DNA of 32,000 bases from an uncultured archaeon (GTDB lineage Archaea > Iainarchaeota > Iainarchaeia > Iainarchaeales > CSSED10-239), in NCBI GenBank assembly GCA_964496765.1, contig CAZCAP010000002.1:66376-98375 (forward strand), written 5' to 3'. A model generated the notes under the pieces. It saw only the letters and a list, made by a program, of their open reading frames with translations, was not told the DNA's origin and made no database searches. This document shows positions 20,055 through 30,356 of the stretch, piece after piece (within the stretch, counting starts at the first letter, position 1; each line of letters starts with the position of its first letter). Position numbers and translations under genes: made by a program.

Positions 20055-20528
20055 ATGATGAGAAAAATTAAAGGACAAGGTGCACTTGAATACCTTTTGT
20101 TAATTGGTGGTGCTGTTCTAATTGCTGTAATCGTTATTGCTCTTCTTGTTGGAATGGGCGGACAGTCAAGAGAAACAGCTCAAGATCAATCAACAAAAGC
20201 TCAACAATCATTAGATCAGCCACAGGCAGCAACAATCGTTAGTATAACACCAATAGATAATTGTAATGGAACTACAGGTTCTGTCACAATAAATTGGGCA
20301 AAAGTTGGAGATGGTGGTGTATATGAGTTAAGGATGTTTGATTATTCAGGAACACAAATTGGAAGTAATATCGATATAACAGATCAAAATGCATCATTTA
20401 ACCAAGCATTTGCTTCTATTGGTGGTAGGGCTTGTCAAGATTCGTTCTGGGGACAAATTATAACTTCAAAGAATGATATGACTGTAAGTTCTGCAAGAAT
20501 GAAATGGAATTGGCCATCACTAAACTAG
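20055..20528 (+). CDS. Pilin with a class III signal peptide (candidate abundant pilin)
   Basis: MMRKIKG|QGALEYLLLIGGAVLIAVIVIALLV followed by a beta-rich C-terminal domain with sequons (NGT, NAS). The SD AGGTGA lies 6 nt upstream. It has its own 134-nt AT-rich upstream region and a downstream hairpin terminator. Confidence 0.8.
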   Translation: MMRKIKGQGALEYLLLIGGAVLIAVIVIALLVGMGGQSRETAQDQSTKAQQSLDQPQAATIVSITPIDNCNGTTGSVTINWAKVGDGGVYELRMFDYSGTQIGSNIDITDQNASFNQAFASIGGRACQDSFWGQIITSKNDMTVSSARMKWNWPSLN

Positions 20529-20546
20529 TTTGAGATTTGAAAATTT

Positions 20547-20590
20547 AAAGAAATGGACTAATCTCCATTTCTTTAATTTATTTTTTTTTA
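20547..20590 (+). terminator. Hairpin plus T-run terminator after the pilin gene
   Basis: Perfect 11-bp stem AAAGAAATGGA (20547-20557) / TCCATTTCTTT (20564-20574) with a 6-nt loop, followed by AATTTATTTTTTTTT. Confidence 0.6.
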
Positions 20591-20631
20591 AAATCAAATT
20601 ATACTTATAATTTAATTTAAACGGAATAATT

Positions 20632-21072
20632 ATGTTTACTAATAATAAAAAAGCACAGGGTGCACTTGAATATCTTTTAATTATAGGTGGAGCTTTACTG
20701 ATTGCAGTTATTGCAGTAACTATAATTGTAAGTCTTGGTAGTGGTAACCGTGAAACCGTTGATGATAGTCAGCAAGGTTATCAGGAACTTGTTGATAATC
20801 AAGTTATTGCTCCAATAATAAATGATATTGAATGTTCAATTGGCACAATAACAATTTACACAGCTGGATCTCCAACCACAGGAGTTTCCAATTACAAAAT
20901 AAGTTTAGATGATGGTCTCTATGTTAATGTAACAACCATAGATATCCCAAATAGAGAAATTACTTATAATAAGGTGAGCGTAGTTGGAACAAAATATGAA
21001 GTTAGATTAGTTTCAATTAAGAATAATTTAAGATCAACACCAACACTACCTTTTGATTGTGTTGTTAAATAA
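20632..21072 (+). CDS. Pilin with a class III signal peptide (paralog of 20055-20528)
   Basis: MFTNNKKA|QGALEYLLIIGGALLIAVIAVTIIV. The N-terminus shares nucleotide identity (GGTGCACTTGAATA) with the preceding pilin. Beta-rich C-terminal domain. Confidence 0.8.
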   Translation: MFTNNKKAQGALEYLLIIGGALLIAVIAVTIIVSLGSGNRETVDDSQQGYQELVDNQVIAPIINDIECSIGTITIYTAGSPTTGVSNYKISLDDGLYVNVTTIDIPNREITYNKVSVVGTKYEVRLVSIKNNLRSTPTLPFDCVVK

Positions 21073-21082
21073 GATCCAGAAG

Positions 21083-21283
21083 ATGGGAGTTATGAATATT
21101 TTTTTAAAATTACTTAATGATAAAAAAGCACAACTCTCTGTTGAATATCTTATCATGATTGTATTTGGAATGATGCTTGTAATTACAACAGGTATTGTTA
21201 TTATTAATTTAAGTGGCCTTGTTAGTGTTGCAAAAGCAAAAATATTAACCTATAGAGATAATATACTTTCAACATTTTCATAA
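21083..21283 (+). CDS. Short pilin-like protein with a class III signal peptide
   Basis: ..LLNDKKA|QLSVEYLIMIVFGMMLVITTGIVII. The ORF-track start (TTG at 21053) overlaps the upstream gene; the ATG at 21083 or 21092 is more plausible. Confidence 0.65.
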   Translation: MGVMNIFLKLLNDKKAQLSVEYLIMIVFGMMLVITTGIVIINLSGLVSVAKAKILTYRDNILSTFS

Positions 21284-21318
21284 ATTCTAAACAACGCTAA
21301 TTACTTTGGAGTAACCCT

Positions 21319-22452
21319 ATGTTTAATTTTGCATTATATTCTTTTTTAGTTACCCTACTATTTCTATTTATTTTTTGCATATTTGATTTAAAATATAGAG
21401 AAATACCTAATTATCTTGTTCTTCTATTTTTTGGGATTGGTTTGTTATCTAGTTTAGTAATTAGTTTTTGGCTATGGCAATTTTCATATATTTTTAATTC
21501 ATTAATTTCAATTGCAATTACTTTCATTATAACCTTTATTCTTTGGGAGCTTGGTTTATTTGCAGGAGGGGATTTAAAGGTTTTTGTTGGGATTGCTGCA
21601 CTTAACCCACTAAACCTTAACTTTTTAGGTTCTGCACTTAACTTTGGAGTGGTTAAGCAACCAATATTTGGAATCACCTTAATTATCGCAAGTATATTAT
21701 CAACACTACCCTATATCCTCCTATTTACTAGCTATAAAATAATTTCTAAAAATTATTTCAAAGACCTAGTTATAACTTATTTTTCAAAAACCTACTTAAT
21801 AACTATTTTTAATTCAATAATAATTATTTTTCTAATTACCTCCTTTATGAATATTTTTTCATTAAAAACACCAACAATATTATTACTATTATTATCTTTT
21901 GTTTTGATTTTTTTATTTTCTAATGTACTTACCTATAGTAAAAAAGCATTTTATTTTTCTATCGGGATGCTTTATTTAATTTTATTTATTACGACCTGTT
22001 TATTAAAACATGTTCCTCAAAAGATTTTTTTACTTTCAAACCTTTTTTCAATAATTTTATCAGTACTAATAATTTATCTATTAATCATGATTTATAGGTT
22101 CACAAAAGAAAAAATACTTGTTGAAGAAAAAAAAGTATCTGACCTGAAAGAAGGGGATGTTACTTTATATAATTATTATTTAATTAATAAAAAAGTAATA
22201 TTTAAAAAAAGCACTTTTTTCTCTGCCATTAGAGATATGCTAACTGGAGTTTATTATAAAGACCAAATAATTGATTCTAGAAAAGCTGGTGGGTTAAATG
22301 TGAAAGAAGTTACCTTTTTAAATGAATCCCACAATAATAAATTAATAGGTAATGTAATAAAAATCAAAGTCACTATTGCATTTACTCCAGCAGTATTAAT
22401 TGCATATATCTTGCTTAATATTTTTGGAGACGTGATTTGGTTAATATTTTAA
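21319..22452 (+). CDS. A24-family aspartic prepilin peptidase (PibD/FlaK/EppA-like), long form
   Basis: Both catalytic Asp motifs are present: FDLKYREIPN (Asp23) and GLFAGGDLKVF (Asp85, GxGD type). At 377 aa it has extra TM helices and a ~100-aa soluble insert before the last TM. Confidence 0.85.
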   Translation: MFNFALYSFLVTLLFLFIFCIFDLKYREIPNYLVLLFFGIGLLSSLVISFWLWQFSYIFNSLISIAITFIITFILWELGLFAGGDLKVFVGIAALNPLNLNFLGSALNFGVVKQPIFGITLIIASILSTLPYILLFTSYKIISKNYFKDLVITYFSKTYLITIFNSIIIIFLITSFMNIFSLKTPTILLLLLSFVLIFLFSNVLTYSKKAFYFSIGMLYLILFITTCLLKHVPQKIFLLSNLFSIILSVLIIYLLIMIYRFTKEKILVEEKKVSDLKEGDVTLYNYYLINKKVIFKKSTFFSAIRDMLTGVYYKDQIIDSRKAGGLNVKEVTFLNESHNNKLIGNVIKIKVTIAFTPAVLIAYILLNIFGDVIWLIF

Positions 22453-22464
22453 ATGTGAAAAATT

Positions 22465-22929
22465 ATGAATTTAAGTAGAAAAGGACAAATTGCAATTGAA
22501 TATATTATTTTTATAGCCATATTCTTATTATTTTTTCAAGCAGTGATTAAGCCATCTATTGATTTTGCAGAAAATATAATGAGTGATGTTCAATCTATTG
22601 CTATTACCCAAGAAAACGTAAGTAGGCTTGCTGATGGTGTTAGTTCCTTTGCATCATCTATGGGGACTGGAAAGGTAACCATGAATTTGTATTTACCAAA
22701 GAATGCAACAATTACGGATTGTAGTTCTAGTGCAATTACCTATACTATAACTATCTCTAACGTAAATCCGAAACCAGCTGCCTGTAATAATACTAATTTT
22801 TGCGAATTTACAAAAGCAATATTTATTGGTAGTCACGATATTACCTGTGATTTAATAGGGCCTGGTTTTACAGGAGACGTACTTATTGAAAAACAAGCCA
22901 CAGGAGATTTTGATGTTTCAATCAAGTAA
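22465..22929 (+). CDS. Pilin-like protein with a class III signal peptide (minor pilin candidate)
   Basis: MNLSRKG|QIAIEYIIFIAIFLLFF. The C-terminal domain has 4 Cys and several N-x-S/T sequons. Confidence 0.7.
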   Translation: MNLSRKGQIAIEYIIFIAIFLLFFQAVIKPSIDFAENIMSDVQSIAITQENVSRLADGVSSFASSMGTGKVTMNLYLPKNATITDCSSSAITYTITISNVNPKPAACNNTNFCEFTKAIFIGSHDITCDLIGPGFTGDVLIEKQATGDFDVSIK

Positions 22930-23266
22930 AGCCCAAACAAGCATAGAGTTCATTATTCTGATTGCAGTCCTATTATTAATAGGATTTTATTTTAGTGGTT
23001 CAATCTACAAAACCTTTGATAGTAATTATGCAATTTATAAAGTTAAAAACAAAACTCTACAGCTCTTCTCAGAGAATGATAGTGGAGATGTGCTTTCTAA
23101 GGTTAGCTATGAATTGCACGATTCTCAAATCGTCTTGAAGTTAGATATTAAACAATCAAGTTCTGGATACATTTTAACCTCATCAAATTATGCTTCTGAT
23201 ATTCAAGACATAATTAAAAGAACTAGTTTCGATACAGTTGTTATTAATTTTAATTATATTTCTTAA
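22913..23266 (+). CDS. Pilin-like protein with a class III signal peptide (minor pilin candidate)
   Basis: MFQSSKA|QTSIEFIILIAVLLLIGF. The ATG at 22913 overlaps the end of the previous gene; the ORF-track TTG at 22886 is less likely. Confidence 0.65.
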   Translation: MFQSSKAQTSIEFIILIAVLLLIGFYFSGSIYKTFDSNYAIYKVKNKTLQLFSENDSGDVLSKVSYELHDSQIVLKLDIKQSSSGYILTSSNYASDIQDIIKRTSFDTVVINFNYIS

Positions 23267-23279
23267 ATGGTGTGTGTAA

Positions 23280-23813
23280 ATGATAGATAAAAATATATTA
23301 TATATTGAAATAATTTTTCTATTGGGTGTTCTATTAACTGTTTTTATTTCCAAAAATGTTTTTTTGAAAATCCTAATCGTAATTGTGTTGTTCTTATTCG
23401 TAATAAAAGAACTTGATGATTATAAATATATTCAACAAAAATATCTTTATGTTGGATATGGGTTTGTTTCACTACTAGTGTTGTTCATTATTAATGAATA
23501 TATTGTGAATATATATTTTGTTGCTGCCCTCATATGCCTTGTAATTATTTACTTGTATTTGTTCAAGGTTTTATTTAATACAACATATGGAAAAGTAACT
23601 AAAGTAACTGGAAGAAAAGTAAGTATTCAAATCCTAGATCCCTTTTATAAAACAAAAAATGAATTAGTTCTTAGCTTTTCTGGAAAAGTTAAGAAAGGAG
23701 ATGTTGCAATAATTGCGCTAACCAAATTCCCAATAAATAAGAAAGCCATTAAAATAATTAAAGTTGTTACAGAACCTAAATCATTGAATAAAAATGTGAA
23801 AAAAAAGAAATGA
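23280..23813 (+). CDS. Membrane protein (about 4 TM) with a small C-terminal beta (NfeD/OB-like) domain
   Basis: Hydrophobic N-terminal two-thirds. C-terminal GKVTKVTGRKVSIQILD..KKGDVAIIALTKF..IKIIKV and a Lys-rich tail. The family assignment is tentative. Confidence 0.5.
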   Translation: MIDKNILYIEIIFLLGVLLTVFISKNVFLKILIVIVLFLFVIKELDDYKYIQQKYLYVGYGFVSLLVLFIINEYIVNIYFVAALICLVIIYLYLFKVLFNTTYGKVTKVTGRKVSIQILDPFYKTKNELVLSFSGKVKKGDVAIIALTKFPINKKAIKIIKVVTEPKSLNKNVKKKK

Positions 23814-24172
23814 ATGAAATTCTATTCAAAAGAATAGTGATATTGTTTTCAATAGTTGGTCTGATTTTATTAGTTGTTTATTCATTCTTTTTTGTTCCTG
23901 AGGAACAATCTATTTCTAGTTTACCTACATTGAAAGAAGGTACAATTGTATCAACATCAGGGATTATAAAGGAATTAGCAGTAAAAGATAATCTTGTTCA
24001 ATTTCAGCTTTGTGAATATTCTATTTGTATTCAGGCAGTTCTTTTCAATCCAAGTAATAGTCAATTAGATGTATTAAATAATCTAAGTATTACAAAAGAA
24101 AATACTAGACTATCTGGTCAATATAAATTATATATGGATAATCCAGAAATTATTGTATACAATATTGAATGA
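23810..24172 (+). CDS. N-terminally membrane-anchored OB-fold-like protein
   Basis: One TM (IVILFSIVGLILLVVYSFFFV) followed by GTIVSTSGIIKELAVKDNLVQFQLCEYSICIQAVLF..LSGQYKLYMDNPEIIVYNIE, an OB-fold-like strand pattern. ATGA start/stop overlap with the upstream gene. Confidence 0.5.
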   Translation: MNEILFKRIVILFSIVGLILLVVYSFFFVPEEQSISSLPTLKEGTIVSTSGIIKELAVKDNLVQFQLCEYSICIQAVLFNPSNSQLDVLNNLSITKENTRLSGQYKLYMDNPEIIVYNIE

Positions 24173-25359
24173 CTATGTATTTAATTGAAATAATTATAGG
24201 GGTGTTGTTGGGGTTTGTTATTGGATTAATTCCTAGTATACACATAAATACAATATCCTATTTTTTTTTGTTTATTGGAGGTTATAATCTTTTTTATAAT
24301 AATTCATTTTTTTTTATATCTTTGGCGGTTTCCCAATTAGTAACTAGTTACGTTTCTATTTCTGTTTTTGGAGTTCCAAATGATTCAACAATCATGCATT
24401 TATTTCCACTTCAAAGACTGGCAAAGGAGGGACAATTAAAAAAAGGGATTTATCTTTGTTTAGTTGGTTCTTTCTTTGGAGGCCTATTCTCTCTACTATT
24501 ATTTCCCATTCTTTTTTTACTATTTAGTGCTTTGTTTAATTTTAATTTATTTATTTATGGCTTGATTATTTTAATTTTAATTATGTTTATTATTTTAGAA
24601 AAAAACATTAAAAAAAGAATAGGAATACTTGCAATAATTATTTTTTCTGGAACTCTTGGAATACTCACCCTTAAATATAATTATTTTCTTTCGGAACCAC
24701 TAATGGTTTGTGTGGTGGGCCTGTTTGCATTCCCATTTATATTAGAATCTATTTTTTCTAAAAATAGGTTTGTTAAACAAAAAGATGAAGACCTGCAAAT
24801 AAATCTAAAGGACACTGGTGTTTCTTCATTTCTTGGAACTTTGGGTGCAATGTTTATGATAATCGTGCCCTCATTTAGCTCATCACAGGCATCACTGCTA
24901 TTGTCAAAGATTAAACAAAAACTAAATTCAGAGGAATACTTGTTGATTTTTTCCAGTGTTGCCATTAGTTCTTTATTTTTTTCTTTTTTTCTTGCAATTA
25001 ATTTTTATAAACCTAGATTGGGTTACATTGCTATTCTTTTATCCAATAACATTCTTGGCAAGAGCATTTCTAACTTTAATCTTGCAATTACCTTATTTTT
25101 ATCTTTATGTTTGTCAATATTACTTTTATCTTTTACCTATAAACAAATAGTTGATTGGATAACTAGATTTAATTTTAAATTAATTAGTGTTATTTTATTG
25201 CTTTTTATTTCAATCCTTATTATCCTATTATTTGGAATGAAAGCTATTCCTCTATTAATTCTATCAACCTCAATTGGATTTCTTCCTCTTGTGTTTGGAG
25301 TGGATCGAGTTATCCTAATGAGTTACATTATGATCCCAACAATATTATTTTATGTGTGA
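24169..25359 (+). CDS. Polytopic membrane protein, TctA/DUF112-like
   Basis: 396 aa with 10 or more hydrophobic helices. The N-terminal GLIPSIHINT resembles the G-x-x-P-G-x-H-x-N motif of the TctA/DUF112 family. ATGA overlap with the upstream gene. Confidence 0.5.
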   Translation: MTMYLIEIIIGVLLGFVIGLIPSIHINTISYFFLFIGGYNLFYNNSFFFISLAVSQLVTSYVSISVFGVPNDSTIMHLFPLQRLAKEGQLKKGIYLCLVGSFFGGLFSLLLFPILFLLFSALFNFNLFIYGLIILILIMFIILEKNIKKRIGILAIIIFSGTLGILTLKYNYFLSEPLMVCVVGLFAFPFILESIFSKNRFVKQKDEDLQINLKDTGVSSFLGTLGAMFMIIVPSFSSSQASLLLSKIKQKLNSEEYLLIFSSVAISSLFFSFFLAINFYKPRLGYIAILLSNNILGKSISNFNLAITLFLSLCLSILLLSFTYKQIVDWITRFNFKLISVILLLFISILIILLFGMKAIPLLILSTSIGFLPLVFGVDRVILMSYIMIPTILFYV

Positions 25360-26124
25360 TTTTCTTGCTGCAAAATTAAACATCCAACTAACTATCCAAA
25401 ATTGTAATAGCCACACAATAAACTTGTTTTTAAATCCAGCTATATACACACTACTACCTCTTTCTACCTTTCTAATGGATCTTTTAACTACCTTATTTAC
25501 TCTCATCCAAAACATGTTTGGAACGTAATTTATGTTATAGCTTTTTAAAAAATTAGTTTTTACAAATCCTGGGCAAAGAGCTTGAAAGTGCACGTTGAAG
25601 TTATTTGCTTTCATTTCATCAATCAAAGTTTCTGTGAAAATTCTGATGTATGCCTTTGTAGAATTATATATTGCATTACTTTTACTGGTTGTTATGAATG
25701 AAGCCATGGATGATACATTAATAATATATCCTTTGTTTTGTTTAATCATTAGTGGTAGTATTGCTCCCGTTAGTTGTGTTGTTGCAAGAACGTGAACAAA
25801 TATTTCATTCTTTGCTGCCTCTGGGTCCATTTTATAAAAGTAGGTTGGATACCCAAACCCAGCACAGTTAACTAAATATGCAATATTTTTAATTTGAGAT
25901 AATTCTTTTACTGCTCTTTTAATTTCTTCTTCTCTAGATAGATCACAGGGGAATACAATACACTTTACTTTGTATTTTTTAGTTATGTCTGTTGCTATTT
26001 TTTCAAGTTCAGCTTTTCTTCTGGAAACCAACACAATATTGTATTTCTTTTCTGCAAGTTGGTTTACAAACTCAAGTCCAATTCCACTTGAGGCACCTGT
26101 AATTATTGCATATGCTTGACTCAT
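25345..26124 (-). CDS. Short-chain dehydrogenase/reductase (SDR)
   Basis: Cofactor motif ITGASSGIG and the catalytic S..YNSTK. The hydrophobic C-terminal tail overlaps the convergent upstream gene by 15 nt. Confidence 0.9.
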   Translation of the reverse strand: MSQAYAIITGASSGIGLEFVNQLAEKKYNIVLVSRRKAELEKIATDITKKYKVKCIVFPCDLSREEEIKRAVKELSQIKNIAYLVNCAGFGYPTYFYKMDPEAAKNEIFVHVLATTQLTGAILPLMIKQNKGYIINVSSMASFITTSKSNAIYNSTKAYIRIFTETLIDEMKANNFNVHFQALCPGFVKTNFLKSYNINYVPNMFWMRVNKVVKRSIRKVERGSSVYIAGFKNKFIVWLLQFWIVSWMFNFAARKSHIK

Positions 26125-26194
26125 ATCTATCCCTTTTTAATTATTCTTATTATCAAACAGTTTAAGAATTATTTTGTTTTATATATTCTTGATT

Positions 26195-26593
26195 ATGAAT
26201 AAACTTATCTCTGATTGGAGTATATATCTTGATGTTCTAGAATCAATAATGGAATTTTCAAAGAGTTTTTATCCTCTTGAGTTCTCTGGAATTTTATATT
26301 GTGATCTTGAAAAAAAGATTATAAAAGATATTTACATTCTTCCTGGAACTCAGAGTGGGAGAACAAGTGCGGTGCTGCGAATGGACCTTGCACCCATGAC
26401 CTTTAATCTAGCTGGATCTGTTCATTCTCATCCATTAGGGTATGGAGAAGCATCTAATGCAGATTTAAACTTTTTCTCAAGCAAGCAGGTAAATATAATC
26501 GCCTATCCTCCATTTTCTCTAAATTCCTATAGGGTTTATAATAAACAAGGAAAAATTATTGAGTTACTAGTGATTTCTAGACCAAAAACGTGA
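26195..26593 (+). CDS. JAMM/MPN+ metalloprotease, minimal stand-alone form
   Basis: EFSGILY (Glu) and HSHPLGYGEASNADL (H-x-H-x7-S-x2-D). The ORF-track TTG at 26174 is less likely than the ATG at 26195. Confidence 0.8.
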   Translation: MNKLISDWSIYLDVLESIMEFSKSFYPLEFSGILYCDLEKKIIKDIYILPGTQSGRTSAVLRMDLAPMTFNLAGSVHSHPLGYGEASNADLNFFSSKQVNIIAYPPFSLNSYRVYNKQGKIIELLVISRPKT

Positions 26594-26750
26594 TTTAGTA
26601 GATAGTTTTATAAACGTTTCCGGAAAGGGTTTTATTTCTTTTGGAAGATATATTAATTTAGTTGTAGGGTCATTATTTATTTTTAATAAAAATAGTTTTG
26701 ATTTTCTTAGAATTAGATTAAATTTTATTACAGCTATTAGTGTGGATATT

Positions 26751-27263
26751 ATGGATGAAACAAAAAAACAAGAAGAAAAAGAAGAAATTGTTGAACAAAC
26801 AATAGACCAGAAAGAGGATGTGGTTGAGTCCCTAACCAAAAAAATACAGGATTCCTTGGAACAGCTAAAAAGAACACAGGCTGACTTTATTAATTACAAA
26901 GCCAGGGTTCTAAAGGACACACAAGATCTTGTATTTTTACAAACAAAAGAAATTGCTCTGGAGTTAATTGCATTTAAAGAATTAGTATTAATTTCAATGA
27001 AGAATGAGGAACATGATGAAACAAAAAAAGTACTTTCTTTATTACTTGAAAAAATAGATAATTCTTTATCAAGATTAAATATAACTAAGATTATTTTGAA
27101 GGATAATATTCCAGATTATAATCTTTGCGAGTGCATAAATACAATCAATGTAACTAATAAGGAAGATAATAACAAAATAATAGAAATAATCGAAGATGGA
27201 TACTTATACAATAAAAAATTAATTAAACCTATAAAAGTAGTTATAGGTAAATTGGAGGAATAA
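26751..27263 (+). CDS. grpE: Nucleotide exchange factor GrpE
   Basis: LKRTQADFINYKARV coiled-coil motif, position immediately upstream of dnaK, and appropriate size. ATG at 26751 (the ORF track begins at GTG 26742). Confidence 0.85.
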   Translation: MDETKKQEEKEEIVEQTIDQKEDVVESLTKKIQDSLEQLKRTQADFINYKARVLKDTQDLVFLQTKEIALELIAFKELVLISMKNEEHDETKKVLSLLLEKIDNSLSRLNITKIILKDNIPDYNLCECINTINVTNKEDNNKIIEIIEDGYLYNKKLIKPIKVVIGKLEE

Positions 27264-29096
<1,833 letters not shown>

Positions 29097-29134
29097 TTTC
29101 TTCTCCTATTTATTTTTTTTGGACATGAAAGAAT

Positions 29135-30310
29135 ATGGCAGAAAAAGACTTGTACAAAATACTTGGAGTAAATAAAAACGCAAGTATTGATGATATAAAA
29201 AAAGCATATAAGGAGCTTGCAAAAAAATATCATCCAGATATAGCTGGACCAACTGCTGATGCAGAAAAATTCAAAGAAATAAGTAATGCCTATTCTATAC
29301 TTTCTGATTCAGAAAAAAGAAAACAATATGATACCTTTGGAGAAAACATTGGATCTGGTGGTCAAGGATACAATTACTATGGAGGCCAAGGCTTTGGTGG
29401 TGGTTTTTCACAGGGCTTTGCAGGATTTGATTTTAGAGATATCTTCTCTCAGTTTATGGAAGAAGAAGAAGATGATGAAAATGGTTTTTTTAGAAGATTT
29501 ACTGGTGGAGGAAGAACCAGAAGATCAAGAAATCAACAGGATTTAAATCTAGTTTATAGAATTGAAGTTGATTTTAAAACATCCTACACTGGTGGTAAAG
29601 AAAGATTAGAAATTTATAAAGAAGGATTATGTTCTTCTTGTTCAGGAAGTGGTTCAGTATCTGGGAAGAGAGCAATTTGTGATTCTTGTCATGGAAAGGG
29701 AAGAGTAGTTACTTCAAGAAGAACACCCTTTGGAATGTTTTCTGTTCAAACAACCTGTTCTAAATGTAATGGAGAGGGCGAAATAATAACAGATCCCTGC
29801 AAAAGCTGCTCTGGAAAAGGTTATGAAAAAATTAAAAGAACAATTTCTGTGGATATCCCTGCTGGTATTTCTGAAAACGATGTTATTAGAGTGCAGGGAG
29901 AAGGAAATGAAAGAGAGCATGAAAAAGGAGATCTTTATTTAAAAATAAGTGTTAAAGAAAATACTTTCTTTAAACGTGAGAAGAATGATCTCTATTGTGA
30001 TGTCCCCATAACATTCACTGATCTAATCCTTGGGACTAGTTTTAAATTAAATTTATTTGGTAATCTTGTAAAAATTAAAGTTCCTAGTCACACCAAAGCT
30101 AACACAATTATAAAGATGAAGGGGGATGGGTTTGTGGATGTTAAAGGTGGTGGAAGACCAGGTTCTTTATTTGTTAGATTAATTCCAGAAATTCCAGAAA
30201 AAATGAATAGTGAGTATAAAGATTTAATAAAAAATCTTTCAAAAATAGAAGAATCAACAATAAAGAAAGAAATAAAGAAAAAATATAGTGAATATATTGT
30301 TGATGACTAA
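29135..30310 (+). CDS. dnaJ: Hsp40 co-chaperone DnaJ (type I)
   Basis: J domain (DLYKILGV..KYHPD), a G/F-rich region, and four CxxCxGxG zinc motifs (CSSCSGSG, CDSCHGKG, CSKCNGEG, CKSCSGKG). Confidence 0.95.
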   Translation: MAEKDLYKILGVNKNASIDDIKKAYKELAKKYHPDIAGPTADAEKFKEISNAYSILSDSEKRKQYDTFGENIGSGGQGYNYYGGQGFGGGFSQGFAGFDFRDIFSQFMEEEEDDENGFFRRFTGGGRTRRSRNQQDLNLVYRIEVDFKTSYTGGKERLEIYKEGLCSSCSGSGSVSGKRAICDSCHGKGRVVTSRRTPFGMFSVQTTCSKCNGEGEIITDPCKSCSGKGYEKIKRTISVDIPAGISENDVIRVQGEGNEREHEKGDLYLKISVKENTFFKREKNDLYCDVPITFTDLILGTSFKLNLFGNLVKIKVPSHTKANTIIKMKGDGFVDVKGGGRPGSLFVRLIPEIPEKMNSEYKDLIKNLSKIEESTIKKEIKKKYSEYIVDD

Positions 30311-30356
30311 ATAATGCACTAAATACCTTTTTATTGTTTTCTAACATAATATATGT

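Larger units (their letters stand above)
15905..25359 (+). other. Type IV filament (Epd/Tad-like) gene cluster of 14 co-directional genes
   Basis: ATPase, two T2SSF membrane proteins, six class III signal-peptide proteins, an A24 peptidase and three coupled membrane proteins. Gaps are small or the genes overlap. Confidence 0.8.

Noticed and set aside
26606-26626. TATA-like TTTTATAAA followed by the palindrome TTTCCGGAAA (26617-26626), ~125 nt upstream of grpE, as a heat-shock operator
   Set aside because: By my rough estimate dozens of 10-bp perfect palindromes are expected by chance in 32 kb of this composition. It is not CIRCE-like and I saw no second copy upstream of dnaJ, cdc48 or other chaperone genes.
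29119-29125. TTGGACA 9 nt upstream of the dnaJ start as a sixth, degenerate copy of the 18-nt word
   Set aside because: Only about 14 of 18 positions match, and most of those fall in a T-run, so it cannot be distinguished from background.
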